Of a DNA stretch of 64,000 nt, positions 51,984-61,048 are shown in pieces. The position numbers and the translations under genes are program-made. Source of the stretch: an uncultured delta proteobacterium (GTDB taxonomy: Bacteria > Myxococcota > B64-G9); contig CAVWHX010000004.1 in NCBI GenBank assembly GCA_963754925.1, positions 704,001 through 768,000 of the forward strand. Direction: 5' to 3'. A model generated the notes under the pieces. The model searched no databases, was not told the origin of the DNA, and saw nothing but the letters and a program-made list of their open reading frames with translations. Within the stretch, counting starts at the first letter, position 1; every line of letters starts with the position of its first letter.

Positions 51984-52266
51984 GGCAACCTCCTTACCGT
52001 GTGATTCTATAGCATTTCCCTCGAACTGCTTCACCATTAAAATAGATGATACGTAATTAGATCTATATATTCTTCCTAAACCTTTAAACAATTCCAGAAG
52101 AAGCGGGATTATCGTTAACAAATTGTTATAACCTATCCCATTTCGTTTTATTATTTTGAATAACGAGTCCTAGATAGCTGCTCATAAATATAGATCACTA
52201 GCAATAATAAATAGTTATATATATCAAGCGACACTTCTGGTTTTCTGTATTTGCCTCAACATCCAA

Positions 52267-53795
52267 CTAAGGAGGTCGCCCGATGAATGACAGTATACAC
52301 AAACTGTGTCGCGCTTCCAAAAGAAGATTACGGCGTGCCATTCGGAAGTCAAAGAATGCCGAACTGGTTCGAAGAGCTACCACGTTAAGGCCCCTGCATT
52401 TCAGGGGGATTAAAAGCGGAGGATTAAATGGGCTATAAAAATTCCATCCCGGTGGTATATCATTTTGATTCGAAGAACCACCGAGGATTTGATTGGGTAC
52501 TGGAAGGCCTAAATAATTAAAAATTTGTTTGATAAAATTCGTTATGGGATCGCATTTTTTGTTATTAGAGTTTGGGGGTGGGAGCTTATTTGGTATAAGG
52601 GGTGGGAGGTGGTCCAAGGGGTTTGTTGAAGGTATATCAGTATCATACCCAGGTTGAAGATTGAAACTGCCAAGGGGATTGTGATAGGAGTAGGTATATA
52701 AGACCCTGTGCCGTTTACATCAATGAGGTTAATTGGATCGTCTATCACATACCCATACAGATTTGAATCACCTCCTGAAAACATAATCGGATCTTTCGCT
52801 GTCCACCTTCCAATCACCGGGTCGTAATCCCTTGCCCCGAACCGAACGAGGCCAGTGTCTCTATCATACAGACCACCCGCGAACCCAAAGGGTTGGAAGC
52901 CGGGGTTGGTGTCGGAAGTGACATTCCCGAACTCGTCGTAATTCATCTGCTGAGCAATTGCTCCGGTGCTTGTGTTTACAACGAAGCGCGGACTGCCCAA
53001 GTGGTCGGTGATGATCTGGTATGTCTGTCCTCCTTGGATCATATACTCAGGTACATTCACCTTGGTTCCATAAACAAACTGACTTACGAGAATACCGCTT
53101 CCATCCAGTTCAGCAACTATTCGTAGCTGCCCGTCGTACAAGAATCCTTGTGTCAACACGCTGTTTACCTTTTTGCCTACCCTCCGGTTGCGGCCGTCGA
53201 TCACGTAGTCGATGGTATTTCCGTTAGGCAAAGTCACTGTTCGAAGATTGCCGAAGACATCGTATTGATAGTTGGTGGTCTGACTGTTGGCGGTCTCGCT
53301 CAGAAGGTCGCCATTGAGCGTGTATTGGTATGTCGTTATCCCGTATGCGGTCATTCGATCTTGATTGTCGTACGTACCGGTGACATCAGCGCCGATTGAG
53401 CATTGTGTTGCCGGCTGGCACTGAATGTTGGCGGCGCATTGGCGACTCAATGTTCGGTTGGAGTTGCCGTCGTATTCATAATGTGTCTGACGCAGGCCGT
53501 TTACACAAACCTCAGTCAATCGGCCAGCTAGATCATACTCGTAATTGTACGTGGTGGCAGTACCATTGATAGTTTCAGTCTTTTGGGTAATTCGACCCAG
53601 TTGGTCGCGGACGAACCCGAAATCAATCGTGTTGCTCGGGAAAGCCGTGTGTAGCAACACCGGCTCACCAAAGTTATTATAGTTGTTCGAGGTGGTAACC
53701 GAATCCAATGTTGTTCCCGTGACCATACCGTTGGATGGATCGCGGCCGATGGTAAGCGCACCCGCGCCGGTCAAAAATCCATCAATGTCATAGGC
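52267..53795 (-). pseudogene. Orphan RHS core fragment with C-terminal toxin region (probable frameshift near 52620)
   Basis: YD repeats, TDHLGSPR, YDEFG, RFGARDYDP, PINLIDVNG core terminus. RHS-like sequence begins abruptly at about 53795. Confidence 0.85.
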
Positions 53796-54097
53796 TAAGT
53801 ATAGCTCAAAACACCGCCGTAATCCTGCAAAGATAACTTCATTTTTTTCCACGTTTTTCTTAATATTCTCTCTGCGAGACCATAATAGAGTCCCTTTCTA
53901 TCTTCTTCAGTCATTTTTCTTTCGCTAATTCTTTTTGCTCCTTTAACCACCTCATACAATACGACAACAGAGACAATAAAAATTATTAATATCTTCAATG
54001 CGGATGCCAATTCTTGATTGGAAGTGTACTCAGAAAAAATGAATACAACCGATAATAATAAAAACAATGTGATGTAGACTGATATAATTTTTAACAT
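53795..54097 (-). CDS. Small two-TM protein, putative immunity protein
   Basis: AT-rich, two hydrophobic helices, starts 8 nt after the upstream toxin-like fragment. Confidence 0.6.
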   Translation of the reverse strand: MLKIISVYITLFLLLSVVFIFSEYTSNQELASALKILIIFIVSVVVLYEVVKGAKRISERKMTEEDRKGLYYGLAERILRKTWKKMKLSLQDYGGVLSYT

Positions 54098-54105
54098 GAT
54101 TTTCT

Positions 54106-54384
54106 CTACCTAAAAGCACAGACGACAGAACAGCGTCCGAGCGTTCCTATCGCATAACCACTTCCTAGCGCAGCAACAACACCAACTGTTGTAAGTGCCG
54201 CACTTCCAACAGAGATACCACCAGAAATCCATGGAAGTAATTCAGCGCTTGTTGTTGCACTTGTACAATAAGCTCCTAAATAACCTCCGGTTAAAGCTCC
54301 ACCATATTCAGCAAAAGTTAATGCGCCATCAGCTGCAGGTAAGTTTCCGATAGAAAAAGCCGCTCCTGCAGCAGTTAGTCCACC
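54106..54384 (-). pseudogene. Truncated Gly/Ala-rich hydrophobic toxin C-terminus cut by the IS3 element
   Basis: GGALTGGYLG..VGVVAALGSGYAIG; the frame runs straight into the IS end at 54385. Confidence 0.55.
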
Positions 54385-54413
54385 TGACCTGCCCCCGTTC
54401 ATAGGACCACTCT

Positions 54414-55325
54414 CTATGAGAGTTGTTCATGGTTAACCATCGTTCCTTTATCCATAGCAACACCAGTTTTCAGAGCGAAGGGAGCCGGAGGCGACCGAAG
54501 CTCTGAAAACTGTCGCGCGAACTCCGCCGGTGTCTCCTGTCCCAGCGAACTGTGCGGCCGCACATGATTGTAATCCATCCGCCATGATTCGATTTTATTA
54601 CGAGCATCTTGTAGATTTATAAACCAATGTTGATTGAGACATTCATCTCGAAATTTGCCGTTGAAGCTTTCGATCAAGGCATTCTGCACCGGCTTGCCCG
54701 GCTCGATAAAATGCAACTGCACCCCATGCCGGTACGCCCAGAGGTCCAGCGCGCGACTCGTGAACTCCGGACCGTTATCCGTCACCATCGCTTCGGGATA
54801 CCTACCCCGTTCAGCGGCAATATCGTCCAAAATCCTGGCCACCCGGCTGCCGGAAATGGACGTGTCCACGGGTAAGGCAAGACTCTCTCGACTGAATTCA
54901 TCCAGCACGCTCAACACCTTCAACCGTCGCCCATCTGAGAGACAATCAGATAGAAAATCCATCGACCATCGCTCGTTGAGTCCTTCCGGAAGACGCAGCG
55001 GCTGCCGCGCGATGCTCCGGTATCTCTTGCGCTGCTTCTTCCTCACGCTCAATCCCTCTTGCCGATACAGCCGATACACCCGCTTGTGATTCACCACATA
55101 CCCTTCCCGCCGCAATAACACCTGCAACCGTCGATATCCGAAGCGTACCCGCTGCGCCGCAAGCTCTAAAAGACGCTCCCGCAACTGCGGATACAGTTGG
55201 CCTACCGAACGGTACCGAAAGCTCGATCGCCCGATCCTCATCAGCCCGCAGGCGCGTCGTTCGCTCACCCCAAATTCCTCGCGGGCATGCACAACGGCCT
55301 GCTTTCGCGCTGCGGGCTTCACCAT
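54414..55325 (-). CDS. IS3 transposase OrfB (DDE)
   Basis: GYRR, WSMDF, TDNGPEF, PGKPVQNALIESFNG, RPHSSLG. Confidence 0.93.
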   Translation of the reverse strand: MVKPAARKQAVVHAREEFGVSERRACGLMRIGRSSFRYRSVGQLYPQLRERLLELAAQRVRFGYRRLQVLLRREGYVVNHKRVYRLYRQEGLSVRKKQRKRYRSIARQPLRLPEGLNERWSMDFLSDCLSDGRRLKVLSVLDEFSRESLALPVDTSISGSRVARILDDIAAERGRYPEAMVTDNGPEFTSRALDLWAYRHGVQLHFIEPGKPVQNALIESFNGKFRDECLNQHWFINLQDARNKIESWRMDYNHVRPHSSLGQETPAEFARQFSELRSPPAPFALKTGVAMDKGTMVNHEQLS

Positions 55326-55585
55326 TTTCTTGAGTTGATATCCCTCAAGATCTGGTTGTCGAGAGTGAGATCGGCCACGGCCCGCTTCAGCCTTCGGTTT
55401 TCTTCCTCAAGCTGCTTCAGCCGCCGCGCCTCGCTGACGTCCATCCCGCCGTACTTGGATTTCCAACGGTAGTACGTTTGTTCGCAGAAGCCATGTGTGC
55501 GACAGAGATCAGACAGCTTCACCCCCGCTTCGGCTTCTTTCAATATCCCGATGATCTTATCCTCAGAAAACCGTTTCCCTTTCAT
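55319..55585 (-). CDS. IS3 transposase OrfA (HTH)
   Basis: KRFSEDKIIGIL..TYYRWKSKYGGM..LEEENRRLK. Confidence 0.93.
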   Translation of the reverse strand: MKGKRFSEDKIIGILKEAEAGVKLSDLCRTHGFCEQTYYRWKSKYGGMDVSEARRLKQLEEENRRLKRAVADLTLDNQILRDINSRKW

Positions 55586-55682
55586 TGAGCAAGCTCCTTT
55601 CCGGCATTCTAGCCGAAGGAACTCTCATTGAAAATGGTCCAGTTTTCGGGGGGCACGTCACATGTTCACACCTATTTAGACT

Positions 55683-56441
55683 CTATTTTGTTGGCCACTC
55701 TATCAGTGGTTTATCTTTAGCATTGACAAAACTTATACCACCGATGCGAATAATGTCCTCAAGTGAAAGGTCGCCAGCAAGAGCTTGAATAATATGAGGA
55801 ATTATATCTCCATATATTCTCTCGAAATTCATTTTTGTAACGTGATCCAATTTTAGTTTTCGCTTCACATTACGGCCCTTAAGTTCTTTCTGTATCCTCT
55901 TTAAACTGGGCTCGTCAAATTGGTACTCGAATCCATTTTCGTTGATTAGGACCTGAACTTTCAAGGGCTCTTCTCTTCTAAGCGAATTGTCAAATGGTTC
56001 TCTAGTAGTTAACGGTTTCTCTCTTAATATTGCTATGACGTGCTTGCATAGTATGTCGTAATCCTTTAATTCATCACCAATTTCACTGAGGATCATGCCA
56101 AATCGAATTCCGACTCCGTCAATAATCTCTATTCTAGGCCAGGAATGATCGGTGATTCTCTTTCTAAATTCTTTTAATGCTGCTTCTATACTTGTGATCT
56201 CTTTTTCATCTTTTGCGACTACGTCTAGATAAGCAATCACCACATTAGCTGGGGGGATTTCATATTTTGCTCCAACAAGAATGCCAGGATGTTGCTCGGC
56301 GATAAGGGCAACATTTGGTTCATCCCAGGAAATATCTTTCAAATTAATTTCACGATGCCGGTAAATAAAAGCGTTAATACCAAATACATCCTTCTTTGTC
56401 TTCAAGTTCAACGATTTCACTTTATGGGCAGCAGTATACAT
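55683..56441 (-). CDS. Hypothetical protein (third gene of the NTase-HTH operon)
   Basis: 252-aa AT-rich ORF; GGAGG RBS; overlaps the end of the upstream gene by 20 nt. Confidence 0.75.
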   Translation of the reverse strand: MYTAAHKVKSLNLKTKKDVFGINAFIYRHREINLKDISWDEPNVALIAEQHPGILVGAKYEIPPANVVIAYLDVVAKDEKEITSIEAALKEFRKRITDHSWPRIEIIDGVGIRFGMILSEIGDELKDYDILCKHVIAILREKPLTTREPFDNSLRREEPLKVQVLINENGFEYQFDEPSLKRIQKELKGRNVKRKLKLDHVTKMNFERIYGDIIPHIIQALAGDLSLEDIIRIGGISFVNAKDKPLIEWPTK

Positions 56442-56964
56442 AAGGAGCCTCCTTCAATTGCCTCACGGGACTTTGAGGCGCGCCGCGTGGATCTCTCTCA
56501 CATATTTCGGTTATGGTTGTTGAGAATTCTTTAGGTTTCTGTATTGGCTGATCAATTTTGCTTCGCAAATTGACCCCTAGAACGTCCATTATACGGCTCG
56601 CTCGCTCAACGGTAATACCATGATACTCGTTCCGCTCGTCACGAGACACCTGTGTCTCGTGGACGCCGAGCTTGTCAGCTAATTCACGTTGAGTAAGTCC
56701 ACGCGCTATGCGAAGCGCAATAAGTGTGAATCCCAAGCCGTGAAGGTTCTCGATTTCCTTTATGTCGCCTCTTTTGAGCCGTTCGTAACTATCGACCTCC
56801 TCGACGAGCTGCTCATGGAATGAAATCAGAGGATCAAGCGCTCTCTTGATCTCTTTTTTTCCGAGCTTCATTTCCGACAACCGTTCGCGGTGCTTGGAAA
56901 GTCGTTCGCTCTCATCTTGGAGACGCCGAACCGCTTCTTGGTACTCACTCTCATTGCGGATCAT
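56422..56964 (-). CDS. XRE-family HTH regulator / HigA-like antitoxin
   Basis: MIRNESEYQ N-terminus; LRIARGLTQRELADKLGVHETQVSRDE HTH. Confidence 0.88.
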   Translation of the reverse strand: MIRNESEYQEAVRRLQDESERLSKHRERLSEMKLGKKEIKRALDPLISFHEQLVEEVDSYERLKRGDIKEIENLHGLGFTLIALRIARGLTQRELADKLGVHETQVSRDERNEYHGITVERASRIMDVLGVNLRSKIDQPIQKPKEFSTTITEICERDPRGAPQSPVRQLKEAPYVYCCP

Positions 56965-57515
56965 GGCCGGCCTCCTTTCTTGACTTTAACAATGCCCTTT
57001 TGTCTTCCGTCCCTGCGAGAGATCCTAAACGCCGAAGGGAACTCAAGTTCGTTGCCATACTTGTCGAGGATTCCCGAAAATTGACCATAGTGTGGGTATA
57101 GCTCGATTCTATAGACGTGCCACATGGGAAGCTGTTTTTTCGGGTAACCGCGAAAAGGACGGCGTGTCTCGGGATCCCATGTCCAAACCTTGTGAGGGTC
57201 TTTCAAGTTCAGCTTCCTTTCAAGATTGCCCGTTGCGAACTCCCTCACGTCAAAGACGAAGTAACCATCGATATCGTTGGGGTGTTCCTTGTCCTCAACG
57301 AATGAACCGTTGATGAATATCTCGGCGATACCGACGTCCCAAAGTTGATTGACCATGACCTTCAGATTGTCGACAAGCTTGGATCGCCATTCTCTGTCCC
57401 AATTAGGATGAGACGGCCCTGGTCCCATGACCAACGTTGAAGACATAATCTCCTCGAAGGTCATCTCGTAGTCGCCGGGAGGAAGCAATCCGTCTTCTGT
57501 AAATTGTGGTAGCAT
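56961..57515 (-). CDS. Pol-beta-superfamily nucleotidyltransferase-like protein (DUF6932-like)
   Basis: GLLPPG N-terminus; NGSFVEDKEHPNDID (GS...DxD); C-terminal KGIV; ATGA overlap with the HTH gene. Confidence 0.75.
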   Translation of the reverse strand: MLPQFTEDGLLPPGDYEMTFEEIMSSTLVMGPGPSHPNWDREWRSKLVDNLKVMVNQLWDVGIAEIFINGSFVEDKEHPNDIDGYFVFDVREFATGNLERKLNLKDPHKVWTWDPETRRPFRGYPKKQLPMWHVYRIELYPHYGQFSGILDKYGNELEFPSAFRISRRDGRQKGIVKVKKGGRP

Positions 57516-57562
57516 ACCTGAGCTTCGATGTATCTTCATTTCAAGCACCAGACCACATAGAC

Positions 57563-57591
57563 AATGTAGTATTTCTAGACATATTTGTCAA
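57563..57591 (-). promoter_or_regulatory. Sigma70-type promoter with overlapping palindrome
   Basis: Minus strand TTGACA-17-TACATT; imperfect palindrome TTGACA-aata-TGTCTA covers the -35 element. Confidence 0.7.
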
Positions 57592-57641
57592 GTATTATTT
57601 TAGTGACTAAATTATTAGTTGACAGCTGCCACAAGCGCACT

Positions 57642-59012
57642 TGTCGCTCCTCAAAATAGATCCGGCTTGATAACCGGCTGCTTGTAAAGCTGTTTTCTTG
57701 CGTTACTTGATTCATTAAAAGAATCATTTCCAGATGCTCTCTTCCATCATTCTCTTGCTGAAAACAGGTTTGCAGACCCTGCGTTCACTCTTTCAATCCC
57801 GGAAAGATCTGGCCTTAGAGAATCTGGCCCTCCGTCAGCAACTGGCCATCCTGGTCCAGAAGCAATCACACCCCAGATTAAGAGGTCCGGACAGGTTCTT
57901 TTGGGTGCTTCTGAGCAGGGTATGGTCTCGGTGGAAGGAACACCTCGTCATCGTGAAACCGGACACGGTCGTACGATGGCATCGAAAAGGATTCCGTCTG
58001 TACTGGCGATGGATATCCAATCGAGGCAGGAAAACAGGCCGTCTCCGCATCAGCAATGAGATCCGAATGCTTATCTTCAAAATGATCAACGAGAACCACT
58101 GGGGTGCGCCAAGAATCCATGGGGAGTTACTCAAGCTCGGGTACGTTGTAGGACAAGCAACTATTTCCAGGCTCATGCCACGAACGTCACCTGATACTGA
58201 CAAAAGCCAACGCTGGAAGACCTTTCTGAAAAACCACAGCGATATACTCGCGGCTATGGATTTCTTTGTTGTGCCGACAGCTATTTTCGGTTTGCTCTAT
58301 GGACTCTTCATCATCCACCATGGCCGGAGAAAAATCCTCCACTTCAATGCCACCGCTAACCCCACCGCAGATTGGGTCGTCCAGCAATTCAGGGAGGCCT
58401 TCCCGTACGAGACATCGGTTAAGTATCTCATTCTGGATCGGGATTGCATATTCAACTCCAAGGTGCTGGCCGGCATGCGTGCGATGGGTATTGAGCCGGT
58501 CAAGACCTCTGTACGGCACCCACAAGAAAACGGCATTGCTGAACGATGGATTGGAAGTTGCCGACGAGAGCTGCTGGATCGCGTGATCGTTCTGAATGAA
58601 AGCCATTTGCGGAGACTGGTACGTGCCTACATACAGTATTACAACCAGGACCGAACGCACTTGTCCTTGGATAAAGATGCGCCTGAATCTCGGGCTGCAA
58701 CTTCAAAACCGTCAACACAAGCCAAGGTCGTCGCTGTGCCAAGAATTGGCGGACTTCATCATCGCTACGAATGGAAAGCCGCCGCATAGGGCAGGTCGGG
58801 CAACCCGCTGTTCGGATGTAGCTGTTTACGATGGCACAGGATGGCTACGCTCTAGATTCTGGAAGTGCACCTTTGGTAGGAATGACTGCAAAGCTTTAAA
58901 TTCTGTTCCAGCTCCAGCTTCCACCTCAATCAATGAGAATTTCGGATTCTAAGGAAAGCATTTAAGGTACCTCGCGATTATTAACGCGCCGTAAGAGTTT
59001 TGATAAGATACA
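57642..59012 (+). mobile_element. IS481-like element 1 (rve integrase)
   Basis: Both ends read TGT-N6-TCAAAA inward (57642 on +, 59012 on -) around the transposase gene. Confidence 0.7.
57734..58789 (+). CDS. Integrase-core (DDE) transposase
   Basis: ENLALRQQL, WGAPRIHGEL, D(AMDFF)-D(LDRD)-E(IAER), GGLHHRY. Confidence 0.92.
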   Translation: MLSSIILLLKTGLQTLRSLFQSRKDLALENLALRQQLAILVQKQSHPRLRGPDRFFWVLLSRVWSRWKEHLVIVKPDTVVRWHRKGFRLYWRWISNRGRKTGRLRISNEIRMLIFKMINENHWGAPRIHGELLKLGYVVGQATISRLMPRTSPDTDKSQRWKTFLKNHSDILAAMDFFVVPTAIFGLLYGLFIIHHGRRKILHFNATANPTADWVVQQFREAFPYETSVKYLILDRDCIFNSKVLAGMRAMGIEPVKTSVRHPQENGIAERWIGSCRRELLDRVIVLNESHLRRLVRAYIQYYNQDRTHLSLDKDAPESRAATSKPSTQAKVVAVPRIGGLHHRYEWKAAA

Positions 59013-59146
59013 GGTCTACCCTCTATTCGACGAGGTCATTTTTTGATATAATTGAAATAATTTATTTCTATAGTTAAGGAGCTCATGGCAAAAGGAGCAC
59101 CTCAAGAATTGAATCGCTACGCCAGGGGGGGATAGAGGAGGATCCC

Positions 59147-60952
59147 ATGCGTTGGTCAATCATATTTGCTCTGTTGTTAAGCTTTTGTGCGTGTACCGGC
59201 GGCGTAAAGGGCCTTTCTGGGCCATGCAAAAATGTAGATTGCGGTTCACATGGCCAATGCACTGCGGATAACGGCACAGCCGCGTGCATCTGCGATACGG
59301 GATATCAAACGAACGGGTTAACCTGTGTGGTCGACAATGCGAACCCTTGCGGAAATGTTGATTGTGGGTCGCACGGCACCTGCTCTGCGGACAGCGGCAC
59401 GGCCGCATGCACCTGTGATACTGGATATCACGCAGACGGACTGTCCTGCGTAGCCAACCTGAGTGGAACTTCTCTATCCCAATATGGCATTACCTGGACG
59501 TTCGATAAGGAATACCAGTATGGACAGTTTGTAACTGGGGATTATTGGGTAATTGGACCGGTGACGATTATAAGTATTAACCCGCCATCTATGCCGACTA
59601 CGGGAGTTATGACGGTAAACAGCTGGACGCCGGGAACTGGAACCGGATACATTACCCGTACTCTCAATGGTTCTGAATTAAATCCAACCCCCCGATTAGT
59701 AATAGCATCCAATGGAGCGGCAAGTAATGTGTATGATGGCCCACGGCAAGGATATGATAGCGAAATGTATGCTTGGCATGATCCTGAAGGTAGAATTTAT
59801 TCACCTGATTATGATGCGACTTTAAATGTTGCCCTAAATGTATCGAGTCAAAATCCTTTGGTTTTGTCTGCCGGATCGTCGTTGGTATCAACCGTTAGTA
59901 GGGCGGGTGGCGGGTATAGCCAGCTTACCGATGAAGCAGGTTTAACGGTTCTTGCAGCTGCACCCCCCGCTGGTAGTTTTAGACCACCTTATGCTGGAAC
60001 CGATAAGTCTATCAATTTTAATAGTTCGGACATGAATTTGAATCTATTGCCTTCACTTTCTGCAAGCGGTTTAACGACAACACTTTCCTGGTATCCAACT
60101 GCAACCGCACTTTTAGCGGCTTTAAACAGGCCAGGATTGGATCATTTTAATAATCTTGGCGGTACTGTTCAGTATAATTCGGCCGGAAATAATCAACCGG
60201 ATTATGGACGTGACTACTCTTCGTGGATGGGAGAGGCAGCATTGATGTTAATGCTTGATCCAACTGAATTGAATTTCACATTCGGGATAACACGGCAGGC
60301 CCTTGCTATTGCGATGTGTCAACGGGGAATTGATTTAATGGGAGTACTTAATGTCAATGGATTCTTCCCTGCCGGTGGTGATTTGAATTATGGAAGGAAA
60401 CTGCCTATAATGTTGGCCGGTATTTTGTTCAGTAATAATACAATGAAAAATGTGAATGGTGCTCTTAACGCGAGCCCCGCATGGACGGGAGTTCATATAT
60501 GGAATGCTATCACACATAAGTTTGCTGAATCAGAAGCATTTTTTTATGTTTCTCAATCAGATGTTGATAGCGGTATTGGCGGTTATGCCTTGTCTGATAT
60601 AGGCCTTCCCGAATGGGGAGAAATACATGAATTAACTCCCGCCCATGATACCAACGCTTATACTGGAACATATAGAACATTGGTGACTGAAAGTATGGCG
60701 GGCCATGCCCTGGTTTGCATGATGATGGAATCTTCAGCATCTATGATGACATTGTGGAATGATCCAGCATTTTTCGATCATCAGGACAGGGCGATGGCAT
60801 ATTGGGCACAGGGAACAGTTGAAAGACAGATATCAAGATTTACTGAATCCATGTGGGATGCCTACCGGGCCAGTTATGGCGATTGTTACACTGGGCTTAC
60901 GAATAATGTTCGTCAATACGGAGATTGTAAAGCTGCTGGTGTTGTTAAATGA
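59147..60952 (+). CDS. Lipoprotein with two EGF-like repeats and an uncharacterised C-terminal domain
   Basis: GAGGAGG RBS; leader ending FCAC; two PC.NVDCGSHG.C.AD.GTAAC.CDTGY repeats. Confidence 0.85.
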   Translation: MRWSIIFALLLSFCACTGGVKGLSGPCKNVDCGSHGQCTADNGTAACICDTGYQTNGLTCVVDNANPCGNVDCGSHGTCSADSGTAACTCDTGYHADGLSCVANLSGTSLSQYGITWTFDKEYQYGQFVTGDYWVIGPVTIISINPPSMPTTGVMTVNSWTPGTGTGYITRTLNGSELNPTPRLVIASNGAASNVYDGPRQGYDSEMYAWHDPEGRIYSPDYDATLNVALNVSSQNPLVLSAGSSLVSTVSRAGGGYSQLTDEAGLTVLAAAPPAGSFRPPYAGTDKSINFNSSDMNLNLLPSLSASGLTTTLSWYPTATALLAALNRPGLDHFNNLGGTVQYNSAGNNQPDYGRDYSSWMGEAALMLMLDPTELNFTFGITRQALAIAMCQRGIDLMGVLNVNGFFPAGGDLNYGRKLPIMLAGILFSNNTMKNVNGALNASPAWTGVHIWNAITHKFAESEAFFYVSQSDVDSGIGGYALSDIGLPEWGEIHELTPAHDTNAYTGTYRTLVTESMAGHALVCMMMESSASMMTLWNDPAFFDHQDRAMAYWAQGTVERQISRFTESMWDAYRASYGDCYTGLTNNVRQYGDCKAAGVVK

Positions 60953-61048
60953 AAAGATCAACACCAGGGTCATGCCTTCGGAATCGATTGTAGGTTAAAC
61001 TTCAACAAAGGTACAGAAAGTTCCACAGAATTAGGCTCCTTACATTCG

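Larger units (their letters stand above)
54385..55660 (-). mobile_element. IS3-family insertion sequence (IS407-group-like), 1276 bp
   Basis: Imperfect terminal IRs TGACCTGCCCCCG..GGACCA and TGACGTGCCCCCCG..GGACCA; orfA and orfB in -1 phase; no flanking direct repeat. Confidence 0.93.

Noticed and set aside
51984..52121. Longer start for ankyrin gene 1
   Set aside because: The paralogue, RBS and signal peptide all support ATG 51983.
53796..53852. Called start of the RHS ORF (MEKNEV...)
   Set aside because: It is an out-of-frame overlap with the small membrane gene; RHS similarity begins only at about 53795.
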